Origin: Phoronis australis
Taxonomy: Eukaryota > Animalia > Phoronida
NCBI GenBank assembly: GCA_002633005.1
Contig: NMRA01000006.1
Span: 452,677 to 516,676 of the forward strand
Length of the DNA stretch: 64,000 nucleotides
Direction of reading: 5' to 3'
This document shows, one piece after another, positions 38,078-50,933 of this stretch. Every line of letters starts with the position of its first letter. The stretch's first letter is position 1. Under the pieces are notes generated by a model. It searched no databases, was not told where the DNA came from, and saw only the letters and a program-made list of their open reading frames with translations. Both the position numbers and the translations under genes were made by a program.

Positions 38078-40249
38078 CACGGGTGAGAAGCAACATGATC
38101 GCCGGACCCAAAACATGATCGCCGGTCCTCCACTGGACCGACTCACCACAAAACAGGACCTACTGGGATCAAACAGGACAGGCAGACCAGAAAATGGGAC
38201 CGACAAACCTAAAACATGACCGCCTTACCACAAAACAGGACCGCCGGAGACTGAACATGACTATCGAGGATTGAAACTTTAGCGCCCCACCACTCAATTT
38301 TGATGCCATATCGACAATTGAAAAAAATCAACATTTAAAATTAATAAATCTAATAAAAACCCAACCACGTTGCACGTTTTTGAGCTAAATAATTACAACT
38401 TTATCCACTGCGTTAGTTTAGATCAAAATAAAACTCACTTTATCCAATTTGACACTTTAGTCAAGTAAAAAAACCCGTTCGCGGATAACTGGTTCTCGGG
38501 TGATTTTCTTCATAAGCAGCGTATACTAAATATACAGCTTTGCGCCGATGTGGCTACAAAACTGAACAAATAAAATCTGACACAAAATTAGTGTCATCAA
38601 AGACTACACTCTTCCTTCAGTAAATTAAATTATCTATTTGGAAAATTGGAGTTCTACCGTTATTCTGCTGCTAAAATTGTGGTGCGATCTTTTACGTCGG
38701 CTTTCGGCGCCTTGAAATATTGCGTCACCTATTGGCCAGTTTCTTTTTTCCCGATTCTTCCTTCAACTGTTCTTCTCTTCCAATGCGTTGGGTACATGTC
38801 ACATCAAATTATCGAAACTATCTTCACTTCGTTACCAAGTTTTCAGCAAACCGAATTTCAGATCAAAATTTGCTGCTGCACCTTCCGAGAGATGTTGCAA
38901 AATTTTGGGAAATAGAGCGTGCGCGTGTCACGAGCGCAATGTTTTCAAATCGACGACAAACTTTTATTTGTTACAAAAGGCGGAGAGTTATTTTTTTTTT
39001 CTTAAACGACTATAACGGGCAAGGTAAGTGTCCGTTGACCCCCAGATTTTGCATGCACCCCGTCGGTCATTAGCTCTACATGTTGATACATGTATGTTTC
39101 ACGACCAAGTGACGAGCAGAATTACCGGGGCTGTGTAAAATTTCGGTGTCTAACGGACCTCAACAGACACTGGTACCTAGCCAGCCAGCTAGCTGCATGA
39201 AGCCTATCGTCAAAATACAGCTAGGTACCACTGTGTCAGTGTTGAGCTCCGACAGACCTCGAAATTGCACACAGCCCGGGGTAGTTCTGCTCTTCAACTC
39301 GCCGTAGAACTTGTTTCAACACGTAGAGCTAAAGACCATCGGGGGTGGATGCAAAACTAATCTGGGAGTCAACCGAAACTCACCTTGCTCGTTACAGCCG
39401 TTTTTGTGAAACACAATCTAATAAACGTCATTTTCTTGCATAATTCTTTGCCTTTTGTAACAAAGAAAAGTATGTCGTAGTTTTGAAAACGGTACGTCTG
39501 TGGCACGCGCAGGCGCCATTTCCTAAATTTTTGTGACATCTATCGGGAGATGATGACAGGTTCGCAGCAGCAAAATTTTTTCTGAAATCCGGTTTGCTTC
39601 AATCAAGATTCTAGAAATTTATAATGAAGTGAAACCAGTTCCGATAGTTTGTTGTGACGCGTACGCAACCTCGTGAAAGAACAACAGTTGATTGAAGAAT
39701 GGGCGAAAAAAGAAACTGGCCAATAGGTGACGCAACATTTCATGGCGCCGAAAGCCGACGTAAAAGATCGCACCACAATTTTAGCAGCAGAATAACGATG
39801 GAACGCGAATTTTTCCAACACCGATAAACACTTTATTTTACTCAAGGAAGAGTGTAGTTTTTAATGACACTAGTTTTGTGTCGGATTTTATCTGGTCAGT
39901 TGTTTACCTACATCGGCGTAAAGGTGTATATTTAGTACACAGCTTTGTGCTAAGTGGTACCTACATGTATCTGTATTTTGAGGATAGTCCTCATACAGGT
40001 AGCTGGCTGGTTACGTCATACCTCTGAGTATTACACACAAGCATTGATAACATTTTGTCCTGTGATCATGTTCATTCTGTGGCGGTCCTGTTTTGTGGTG
40101 GGGCGTTGATGCTGTTAGGTGCGTCGGTTCCATTTTCTGGTCCAGCAGACCCAATAATTGATCCCAAAAAGTCTTGTGGTTAGTCTGTCCGATTTGAAGT
40201 ACCGTCGGTCATGTTTTGGGTCCGTCGGTCATGTTGTTTCTCAGCCGTG
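38078..40249. mobile_element. CACGG-terminated TIR element (Chapaev/CMC- or Transib-like, non-autonomous) with minisatellite-like long TIRs
   Basis: Left end CACGGGTGAGAAGCAACATGATCGCCGGACCCAAAACATGA; right end (revcomp) CACGGCTGAGAAACAACATGACCGACGGACCCAAAACATGA. ~185-bp arms built of ~21-bp AAAACA(T/G)GACCG units. Flanks TTATT/TTACT. Confidence 0.7.
38518..39943. repeat. ~1.4-kb imperfect palindrome (foldback) nested in the CACGG element
   Basis: Arm 38518-39170 is the reverse complement of 39231-39943. The ORF track shows the same peptide YSAAKIVVRSFTSAFGA on both strands. 60-bp central spacer. Confidence 0.9.
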
Positions 40250-40509
40250 TTACTGTTATAAAATCAGTCTCATCTTGTTCATGTATGCTACACAGATTAA
40301 AAGTCATTTGTACTGCAGGCTTGAGCAGAACTAACAGGTTGCAATCAGACCAACTAAACACCTCAACAAAAGTTTTGAAATTTGTGTTAGCTGGTTCGTG
40401 TTTTCATTACTCTTGGTTTATTTAAATGATGTTGCACACCAATGGAAAGCTCTTTCATTCCCGTTTCCAACAATGCCATATTTTTCAACAAATGTTTGAT
40501 ATGCTCAGA

Positions 40510-41165
40510 AACTTTGCTGCCAAAGAGGGCTTGGTCTCAACAAAGGGAATGTTGCAAATTCCATTCTCCGTTTTTGCAAGCAGTGTCACCTGTGATGTGC
40601 TGGTGATTGACACGGAGGGGAGGGGGGGGGGGGTAAACACCAAATACGTGAGACACTGAATGTGAACATTGAACTCCTGCTGTTAGCAGGCTCAGTTTGA
40701 ATTATTGTAATTACGAAAACTGTGTTTGGAGTGACCAGTTTGCGAGTGTACAGCAAATGGAATGGCCTGCATGCAGCCCAGATTTAAACCCCATCGAATA
40801 CCTGTGGGACCAACTCTGACGGGCTGTACTTGCGCTTGGAACCAACGCAATCACTGTAGCTGGTTTAAGTCGCTCAATGACTCGGGAGTGGAATGCCATC
40901 ACACAGTTACACGTCAGCAGGCTAGTAAACACCATGCGGACAAGATTATTACTGTTGTCTATGAATCAGACTATCACCGTTGTCTATCTATCAGACTATC
41001 ACTGCTGTCTAGTAGTGTTTAAGTGTTGCGAAATTGTCATAAGTTTTTATTACCATTGCAGCACCACTGTAATTGTTCAAAAAGCTAGATGCTCAAACTT
41101 GAATACATATTGACTCCAACTTAATTTGCAACATTTGAGACCAAGCCCTCTTTGGCGGCAAAGTT
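40510..41165 (+). mobile_element. Internally deleted Tc1-family transposon with transposase remnant
   Basis: ~45-bp TIR AACTTTGC(T/C)GCCAAAGAGGGCTTGGTCTCAA..TGTTGCAAATT, with TA at the right end. 40742-40945 translates to MEWPACSPDLNPIEYLWDQL*RAV..MTREWNAITQLHVSRLVNTMRTR, containing the Tc1 SPDLNPIE motif. Confidence 0.9.
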
Positions 41166-44100
41166 ACTAAACACAACAAACATTTACTGACGGAATGTGA
41201 TTTCGCTGGAAAGAGAAATGACTGGGCTTTTCACTGGAATGAAATATGATTGAATTAAACCAAAAAATAATAGAAATAGTGGTGAGTGAATACTAATTTC
41301 CAAACTTTTGTTGAGATGTGCATATTGAATGTTACTGCGTATTGTTCCCAGCCGCCTCGGAAATATGGCAGCTGCCAGGTAGTTCTGGGATAGTACCGGG
41401 GTAATCATTTTCAATCCAAACAAAAGATAAGAAGAAATGAAAGTTTTAGCGGATAAAAACGTCTATATGAATAATTTTTGTTGACATGTTCTTGTAAAGC
41501 CACGCGAGTCATGGGGGATATTTCTATGCGATGTCAACGTGGGCGACTTTGCGAGTTTTTATAACTGAACATATGACTATAGCTTTGAATCTAAAAACAA
41601 AATTGTTATTACAGTAGGCTGTAACGTTCGCCCAAATTGATGCGAACCCGTTTAAAAAAAATAAACCCCTAGGCAACACTCAAATAAACTTTTAGTTAAA
41701 ATAACTAATAAAAACAGCGTCACCGCCACTTCAATTCTCAAAAAATTCTGACCGAAAAACAAAAAGTTGAAATGAATGCTCATTACATCATTTTCGAAGA
41801 AAAACATAGCATATAACTGCTAAAATATTTATGATGTTATTTGCATGCCAACAGTGCGAATGCAGAAAAGCAACATTCTAATTATGTCGTAACTCAAGAA
41901 CGAATGACAACACTTTAATTAGGACACACGCTTGTCACAGATTTGAATAATGTGGACAACATACTCATTTGTAATTTCTAACGCCTCATGGCAAGTGACA
42001 GGTTTTGCTATTTACTGAAATTTGTTACACAATAATTTTGCCTCTTGTCAAAGTAAAAACAGCCCTTGCCAGGTATGATATTTCGGTTGACAGATTGCAG
42101 TACCTTCAACCATCATGACTGGCGTACACACGTAAAGTATTAGGTCATCTTACGCAATTCGAGAGTTGTGCGTGGTCTTTCATTATTTTTGATAAACATT
42201 TCTTCAAACACAGCAACATCAGTAAAAGTATTATAGTAAATGCAAAGGGGGTATTGAAGAGACTTTGAAATAACTCCTTTTTAACAATTTTTGCTCACGA
42301 CAATAACAATTTCATCCCTAATGCGACCGCTTATTTAAAACCTGCGCAGCATGACTTTTATATGAATTTTGAAAGATTCGGCCACGCATTTCTAAAATTT
42401 GTAACGTATGCCGTAAGTTCTGTTACAGGTGTAACGGGGCTTGGTGTATAAAAAAAAAACAACCAGTAGTTTGCCAAAACGATTTACTTGCAGAGTTTAA
42501 CTCTGGAACAACACAGCACTATTTACAATACAACAAACAAAGGTTGAAACACAGTTTCACGGTTTACACACATTTGTAACATTATTTGTCCTGTGAACCA
42601 CTTCATTAGAAAATCATTCACGTTACCAATAAATTTACACATTCACGCGGATTAGAAACAAGATAGAACAAAGCACAATAACTCTACACAGACGGAAGTA
42701 ATGCAAGGCAATATTGAGACCGCAAAACTAAATCAAAGTGAATGAGGCCCTGTCCGCTTTCTTTCTCGCTTAAAGAGTCTCACTAAACTAAGATATAAAA
42801 TGGTACGACATTACTAAAGCATCAAAAATAGCTCAACACAACGGAATACAATATTGGTGCAAGTAATTGAAATTGAGTCTGGTATTAATTCAAGCAGTGT
42901 CACACCGGAAACAACATGTCCGCCGTACAACATCCGTGCAAACAAGTTGGGCTTTAACCAACTGCCTTCCATTACAAATCCTGCCAAATACAACAAACTG
43001 GACCTACAATTCGTATACAATCGTGAAAAGTTTCAAATACAAATATTAAATAAGCTCAGAAGCTCATTTTACAATTCTCATTTCAAACGGCAAAACACGT
43101 TCATGTCAGTAATAACACAACCTTTCCAATGAACTACAAAAACTGGAATGTACTCAAATTGGGTCGCTAAACTCGAGCCCTATTTGGAAATATCCAGATT
43201 CGGATCACACCAGTCACTCGCAGATCTTCTACTGTCGGCAGAAACTCAAATAACAACACGTTGCAAGTAAGAACACTGGCCGACAGCCTGATGCCGGGTG
43301 AAGTTCACGAGCACTCAACCTCGAGAACCTTGGTTCGAAACCCAGCGAACAGAACTATTTTTCACATAAAATTCACCACTACTACAGAAACATACACACG
43401 TACAATAGACGGCGTAACTTTGCTCTAGCGTGTCTCTAACTCGGGATCATAGACATTTTATACTATAGACCGGGCGCACGCGCTACTGCAGTTGACAACT
43501 TGACGCCATATTGGAGAGTGTTTCTAGTCACGTGACACGGTTAATCGCTGTGAAAACAAACATGGCAAATTGCCCTTTTCAAAGCGCGATATCTAACATA
43601 TAAAGAGGCGGAAGAGTGTGAGTGTTTTTCTGAAACATAAAAAACATTTGATGCAGCACTTAAATGCGTTTTTAAGAGTCAATCAGTCGACAGGGAAATT
43701 ATCAAACTAATAGATCGCAACCAGTGTTAGATTCTCGAGTGGCCTGTGCGGCTGCACGCTTGTCAAGCCACTGCGAGCGATTTGTTTTTTTCGTTTTTTC
43801 AAGAGAAACCAGTAAGATCGAAAATTTGTCGCTCGAAGCAAATACAGGATATCCAGGATACGTGCTGCTCACTCGGGTGGTACGTACTTTCGTCGTGCCC
43901 CAACACCTTTTCAGTATTGAAAGATGACCCCGGGAAACTTTGCAATATTAAAATATGACCTACATGTAGGTCGCTTCTAATGGGGTCTAAATTTAATGTA
44001 AACTACTGTGAAAAATGACCTCATTGGGGTCACATAAATAAATGACAGATTTTTGAAGTTCATCAGGGCGTACTCCCGTTCAGCGACTTTACCAGACAGA

Positions 44101-47100
44101 GGGCGGTTGAGAGCATGTGATAACATCTTGCTCTTTGTTAACTGCCTAGCACAGTCTTTTGTCTGGTATGACAACGTGCAGGCTTATTATCGATCACATG
44201 TGAACACAGTCAACCCAGTGTGTTGGTACGTTCGGACAGAATAGATTGTTTTAACTTCGGTTGTAGTTGGACGATTTTGGTGATTCAAAAACTAATGTAT
44301 AAGCATGATCAGTATTTTATAGGGAATTCAGAAATGTTATTGGTTTATGTTCAAACATTTTATAACTTAACGTATTTTTAACAGCACAGCCCAGCCAGGC
44401 TAGATACGATCTCATCGGAGATTTAGAGCAAATTATCGAACAAAAGAGAGCTGACACTCCAACCCTAATTGCCAGAATGTACTAAATCAGTCGTCAGTGT
44501 AAGATATTGGCTACAGCGATCATCCTTCCAACAATTTAGACTCAATGGGAGAACGCCGTAATGCAAATAGCAAAGAACACACTCAGTTCCTTTCCTGTAC
44601 ATCGCTGATCGGGATTGTCAGCGCACAAATATTCTGCTCTCACGCACGGTATTCCTCTCTCACGGATCTGAAGTCCCCCGATCAAGCACCAGGCACTTGT
44701 TGGTGTTTTGTAGTATTCCCACACTAACACGTAACCATTTGTTCACAATGAAATCAGCCCCCGCTCCCACACATTATTTCGAAACGTCCCTTTCCCTCCT
44801 CGGCTTTAATCTGATAGACGCACTGCGCGTCCGTCAGTCTAGAAATTTAAAACGAATTCTTCTCTCGCGCACGCTTGGCCTTCTCACGGTTTCAAATTTG
44901 ACTTTGATAGTAAGAAAACTTGGCTGCGATCGGAAGATTCTTAGCATGTGGCCAAGTTTTTTGGATTAGTCTTCATGCAGCTAGTCAGATATTATATCTT
45001 GGCACGAGCAGTGTAAAAATGGCCATTTGCCAATTTGGGCAACTGAACGAAGGACTGTTCGAAACATAGTGATTATTTTCGCTTCAGCCCAGCTTCAACA
45101 CATTGTATTCTTGTGGTCTGCACGCCGTTCATTACTTTCTCTCCCTAATTGCAGCATACACTGAAAAAGCAAAATTTCCGTTGTCGCGGGCCACTCAGGT
45201 CACCCCCGGCCTAAACATCCGCGTATCGAACATTGTTGAAAGATCGGGTATTATGTCTGCTTATCCCAACCCCCGGTTGCGGGGGATCCGTTGAAAAATG
45301 ACGGGACATGTTTTCAGGACTTGGAGTCATTTTTTCATGGGTTGAAAATTCTTCACATCAAATTTAGACCATGTGAAAAAACTAACGGGTGTCATTTTTT
45401 CACAGGGTCATTTTTTAATGCTACACCGGCTCGGTTGGGTATATTTCCACTCGGTTTCGTGTGGGAAATTCTGTATTTTGGGTATAGATCGGGTGCGCAA
45501 TTCAATCGTGCAGGTTTAATATTTTGGTTACCATGCACTTTTTTGCGCAAATTTTGAGTAACAAAACAAAGACCTCGTAAGCAAGCAGTACAAATCTACA
45601 GAACTTCGACATAAGTTAAGATTTTGCCGGGATTTGTTTGTTTTGATACAACAGAAAATATCTGATTTTGGAATACATGCACATAGTAAGCCTCTCAATA
45701 AAGAATACATTATTCACTTAGATGTACATTTGTACTGATTTGGATGGCTGGTGGGTAAGTTCGGGCATGCAGAAGTTGTTTTCCAGTACAAGTAAAAGCA
45801 CTTGTAATTGTCATTAATACCAAATATTTACTTAAGTACAATTAACAAATAGCATCATCGATAGCTAACAGCGTATGATGGTCAATAACATTTTTAAATT
45901 GATCTTATATGGTCTCAATCACCAAGACTGAGGTGAAAACAACGCATGGTGGCTCCTCTTAAACTGCAGTGGCAGAACATACATGTAAATATCTAGAGGC
46001 AGCACCACTAAGCTCCATGGCCGAACCAAAAAATCCATGACTCAATGGCAGGACCAAGAAAGTCAACTCCTTAGCTGCAGCCATAACACTGCGAGCCTCC
46101 GCATGTCCTTACTGATGCCGGAAGGGCTCCCAGTGTTTTCCGCCATTTTTGTCCTGCGTAACACTTTCCAATCTGGCGAGCTTCATGTACATGTATCTGA
46201 CTGGCGCGCACCCGGTCTATGTGATGTCTATGCTCGGGATACTCCAAAACTTGTTTAAGTGTATGTTATCAATCTACCCGCTTTACAACAAGGCAATAGA
46301 CTACACTTCCCTGAACTGAGGCTGAATTGGGAAGCCTTGACAACACGAACACGAACAGTTCGTGTATTTAACGCAACAAAACTGTCGTTTTACAAAGAAA
46401 TACTCCCGTTTTCACCGCCAGCTAGAAGAAAATGAAATGCCTATTAGAACGAACGGCTATCATGTGCGAAATGATTTTTTTTCGTTAAGTGATGTCACAC
46501 TATTGTAGATGTTAACGATGGTTGTTAGAGTCACGTGACTTCTTTGTATCGTTATTTTTTAAGCGTCAGAAGTTAAATAACGCTTAAATGTTCCCGAATC
46601 TGGTAAGTTAGCCGTATTAGCAGAAGGAAACTCGTAATTTTTAAATAAACAATCAGGTTAATGTTAGAATAAAAATTCATGACGATTCTAAAATATTCTG
46701 ATGATACGATTTGTATTTGACCAGGGGACAGGGTTGCTTGGTAAGTCCTTCTATGTTAGAACATTTTGTTTGCGTATGGCCGAGTTGTAACAACCTGAGA
46801 AGATGCTACCTGAAGAAATGGTATTGGCAAAGAGCCAAGTTTGCATGAGCTTACACGTTTGATGAAAATTACTTTGCAACGGGAAGTCTTAAATCTTGTT
46901 AAATTTGTGTGTAACTCATTCAAATTAGGATAATCCTTGTTAGTGTCACTTAATAACTGCACAATTTATGGTACTATGGGCCGATGGCCTCGAAGTAATA
47001 TAAAAAAGGCTACTGAGAATTTTCTCCATATCAAGCACATAAACTCGTTAATGCAAGCATTGACGTTGCGAGAGTTGACCCTTGATTTCTTTAGGGCTCT

Positions 47101-49000
47101 TATAACGGCTTGTCTATCAGAATGCATGGATGGTAATTGTCTGATTGCCCAGTTCACTGTTGTATTTACATGTCACTTGAAAAGCACTGTTAATTGTAGT
47201 AACGCCGTAACAAAATTGCCATGCGAAGCCCATCTTTCTGCATCTCAAGTAAGAAGGATTGAAAAATAGACCCCTGCACCAGCTTGATCATTTTAGAGAT
47301 TAAAACGGTCCGTGAAACAAAGCACCTCATTCTTGTGTTCTGCTACAGAACATACGTCAGAAGAATTATTTGTTTGTGTACTTTAAACTTATGCGACATG
47401 AAAAGCGATGTGAGCTGCACGTGCCTTTGCGCAAAGTGCGACTAGTTCTTAATTTGGTTCACCAAATCTAATGTTTTGGTTTCCCAACGAACTTGAGCCA
47501 ACGTTTTGGGCAGGAAATATCTTGTGACTTGGCCAGGATATTGTTAAAGTCATTTGCCAATTTGCTAATATCTGAACTTTCAGAGATTTTGGTTTCTGAC
47601 TGCTAAAGAGTTTTGAAACCTCTGAACGATAGTTTCCAGTCCACCTCATTGGTGTTCCCATACTCAGTAAAAGAACGGAACAACAAAAGTCGACAAGGTA
47701 TACAATTGAATCTACTCTCCAGTTTGTTACCACGTCTTTGACAACAGATGTAGACGCACGATCCTGATTGCGTATCAACAGTTGCGAACTCAAAATAAAC
47801 TCCCACAGCGCCTCGCTTATTGAGTTAGATTCAACGGTGTCGAACCTCGTGGTGCGAATAAATTGACGTCACAGCAGATAGCTAAGGAAAATTGTTAGCT
47901 CTGCAGTGATTGGCGATATGTTGCACTTCAGATGCGGATAGGTTCTCGGCTGAATTTCCGGGCATATAAGCCGAAAACAACCATATTGTGCGTATTACAC
48001 TATTTGGTCCCAGTGTATCACAACAAACTGTCAATCCTTAACGCAAAGTTCAGATACGATTCTTGAGGTTACATCCTTGGATACCAATACCACTGATCTG
48101 GGTTTGATGTTGCTAACCAGTGAAAAAGTGCCAAATTTGGCATTTTAGGATTGTTCATTGCCACGCTTCCCCAACAACACGGCTCTAGTGCGAAGGCCAT
48201 GAATTAATAGGAGACTGCGCTTAAGCGTCTGTAGGACAAGCACTCCTTTGTTGTTACTCCAATGCAGATTTATCTGCCAGAGTTTTGCCTCGTGATTCAT
48301 GTCATCATGCTTAGCTATTTACCAATGGTCGGCTACTCAGACGCCAATGAGTGGAAAGGAAACAGGCAACATCCGTCATACAACCACCTTTGCCACTTTC
48401 ACGAGCTTGGTGATTTCAATATTCATCCTCACAGAAATGTTCAGGGATTTCACAGAGCAAGCGTCTACGATAGCGGGCACTTCCACTATCCACATTTGGT
48501 AACTCCCACGATAACATTTTTAGTTTTGTTACCCCAACGCTTAAGCCAGACTGCGACTAACCCGTCCTAATCGATTCACAAATTAATGAGCGTAGCTTCA
48601 TCGCGTTGTTGAAGAAAACCTATTCGCTAATTTCTCATAACGCATCGATTTTAAATATTCAAAACGGCTAATACTTTAACTTTCATCAGTCATGTTGGTC
48701 GTTTGTCTTCTTCATCGTTCGGTTTTGACTTTGAACCTTGTACGATATATAGGCGCTTTGGTTTTAGACCGCAACTGTCTTGTCCAATACACATTGGGCT
48801 AGGCACATGAATATCGATTAGGTCACATCAAATTCGCTGGATATCTGGGTAGACCATTGCATGCTTTCTCGTCAACTTGCGTGGAAATCTAGTTAGAGCA
48901 TAATAGTTGCCCTATGCATATGTAAGCTCTTAGGCGTACGTCCGTAGCCGCAAAGACCACATTCGACTGCCTATGTATTGACCACTTGAATCCTGCCCAG

Positions 49001-49156
49001 CAGTGTTGTAGTGGGGCGTTGGCGCATGTAGGCGCAGCCAACCACCTTTTTGCATTTGAACGTAGCGCCTACTCACCGTAAGTTACGTTCAGTGCTCAAG
49101 GTGACACAGCGGGCTTTCGGCGCCTACTTACCTATACTTTTACCATTACAGCACTG
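49001..49156. mobile_element. 156-bp hAT MITE
   Basis: TIR CAGTGTTGTAGTGG / CCATTACAGCACTG. Perfect 8-bp TSD CTGCCCAG at 48993-49000 and 49157-49164. Confidence 0.9.
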
Positions 49157-49979
49157 CTGCCCAGGGGGGTTTGTATTTTTCTCTGAGGATCCATATATCC
49201 AGCATGGTTTATGATATAGGACTTGATACTGGTTTCAGCAGTTTCCTACCCTGCCAACCCTGACTCCACCGAGAGACGCCCAGTAAAAGGGCATCTGCTG
49301 CACATGGATTCCCATGTTCAGTATGTTCCTCCTAGCTACATCACAGGGCTAATCATGCACTGGGTTGTCCCCAGACAAGTGCAGCAGACGTTACTCTGTG
49401 GACCGCGATTTGTCCAAGACTTCTTGACAAGTAGTTCTGTTTTGCCTACCTCAAAGGAAATGAAATGATTTTGGCAAAAATAACGTAAAACTCTTAAAAA
49501 TATCCCTCAAAAGGTCATTCTAGATATATGAAAGATACTATCTTCGTTAAAATTACATCAAAACTCGTTTCAGAAAAGGTTAAAAAATCTAAGACGCTAA
49601 GCACTTAGATTGTTTTCAGTGTTTATATTTGACGTAACTGAGCTCTCAACCTATCTATATCAAATGATAATGACGCCAGTGAACAATGAGTTCGTGATTC
49701 AGACCAAAACCGCATCGCTGAAAGTGTACAATACCTTGTAATATAGGACATAAACTAAAGGAAATCAATGCCAAGTTACTATTTCTGTTTCGATAGCTGT
49801 GTCTCATTTTTTTCTCCTTCCCTTAGTCGTAAATTTTCAAAGCCGAACTATTTTTGAGCGGATTCACGAAATATCGTTTACTTCTGTATGTTGTTTGGTA
49901 GTAATGTCCGAGTTCTTGTTGCTATCTGTTCACCGTTTGGTGACGTCGCCAGGCCTAACAGTGTTCATCTTCACTGCAG

Positions 49980-50933
49980 GTCACGTCTTCAAGAATTGAA
50001 TATGACCTACCCCTCTGGAATTCCTGCACAAACGTGCACAAAGGCTTATTCCTATTGAACACCGATGGCAATGTATTTCGACAACACGTGTCTAACACCG
50101 CAAAGAATAAACTTGTCGAAATACGGGATTCTCAGCTTAAAAATGACAATCGTGCTACTGACTTGTCAACAATTTCTGGTTTGGTGAAATCGTTTGAAGA
50201 ATGTGGTCCGTTTTCGTGTCGTGCCATTGCCACGATAAAAGCTATCGAAAAAGAGTTGAACGAGACATCTCTTATGCGGAAGCAGACGTTTTCTTCTCAC
50301 ACAAAGAAACCCGGTCTTCTTCAACCAATGATAAGGAAAACCCTGTCTAATAAACCAAAGCGCAACGGCTTACTGAAGCCAATCGACAAGCATGTTAGTA
50401 AGTCAGCAAGTTGTACAAAGAGTTGCTTCTTTTATGCCTCTGCGGGATCTAATAAGACTAATGAGACCGCGCGAAGATTCAGCCTTGATAGCTCTAGAAC
50501 CGATAAAAGCCACTCGTCAGAAGATACCCATCACAGCGTGGACGTTTGGAATGGCGATAGCTTGTCAGCTAATCAATCCGATATGAAGGAAATTGCTCTT
50601 AGATTCAAACCTTCACAGCCACTCTCGCTGGACTTGCTCCGGAACAACCTGTCCAAGCGACAAGGAGAACTGGCGAGCGCAGAACGGAAGATGCTCCTTC
50701 AGAGCATTGATAAGAAGCTAAAAAGAGACAAAGATCAGATATGTGCGGATAAGATAAAACACACAAATGTTGAGAAACTTTGCGTTGAAAATCTTAAGAC
50801 TAGAAGAAAGTCTTCCAAAAGAGGGTCTTTTGCCAGAGTTAGAAAGAGCCTCGCAAGTCATGCAGCTTTGGTTGATGACGAAAAGAAAATTGCCGAATAC
50901 CCAAAAGACTACGGCCAACCTGAAACCAATTGA
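49980..50933 (+). CDS. Probable terminal exon of an uncharacterised Lys/Ser-rich protein
   Basis: The frame is open from a good acceptor (ttcatcttcactgcag|, 49980, phase 0) to TGA at 50933, 317 codons. No recognisable domain. Upstream exons not identified. Confidence 0.5.
   Translation, partial: VTSSRIEYDLPLWNSCTNVHKGLFLLNTDGNVFRQHVSNTAKNKLVEIRDSQLKNDNRATDLSTISGLVKSFEECGPFSCRAIATIKAIEKELNETSLMRKQTFSSHTKKPGLLQPMIRKTLSNKPKRNGLLKPIDKHVSKSASCTKSCFFYASAGSNKTNETARRFSLDSSRTDKSHSSEDTHHSVDVWNGDSLSANQSDMKEIALRFKPSQPLSLDLLRNNLSKRQGELASAERKMLLQSIDKKLKRDKDQICADKIKHTNVEKLCVENLKTRRKSSKRGSFARVRKSLASHAALVDDEKKIAEYPKDYGQPETN

Noticed and set aside
38078-38265. ~21-bp spaced repeats as a CRISPR-like array
   Set aside because: Eukaryotic context and degenerate tandem units without unique spacers, mirrored at the other end as a TIR.
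38646-39845. Paired ORFs with the same peptide on opposite strands
   Set aside because: A by-product of the palindrome; no coding signal.
42421-42560. TGTTACA/TGTAACGGGG as LTR termini
   Set aside because: No partner LTR, TSD, PBS or gag/pol remnant found.
43279-43362. tRNA gene (B-box GGTTCGAAACCC)
   Set aside because: No cloverleaf or good A-box; at most a decayed SINE head.
45959-46150. Second THAP/Kolobok relic (AVYGCS-like, minus strand, TTAA end)
   Set aside because: Too short, needs a frameshift, and no matching TIR was located.
48262-49468. Upstream exons for the 49980 ORF
   Set aside because: Candidate AG/GT segments could not be joined in a convincing phase-consistent model.
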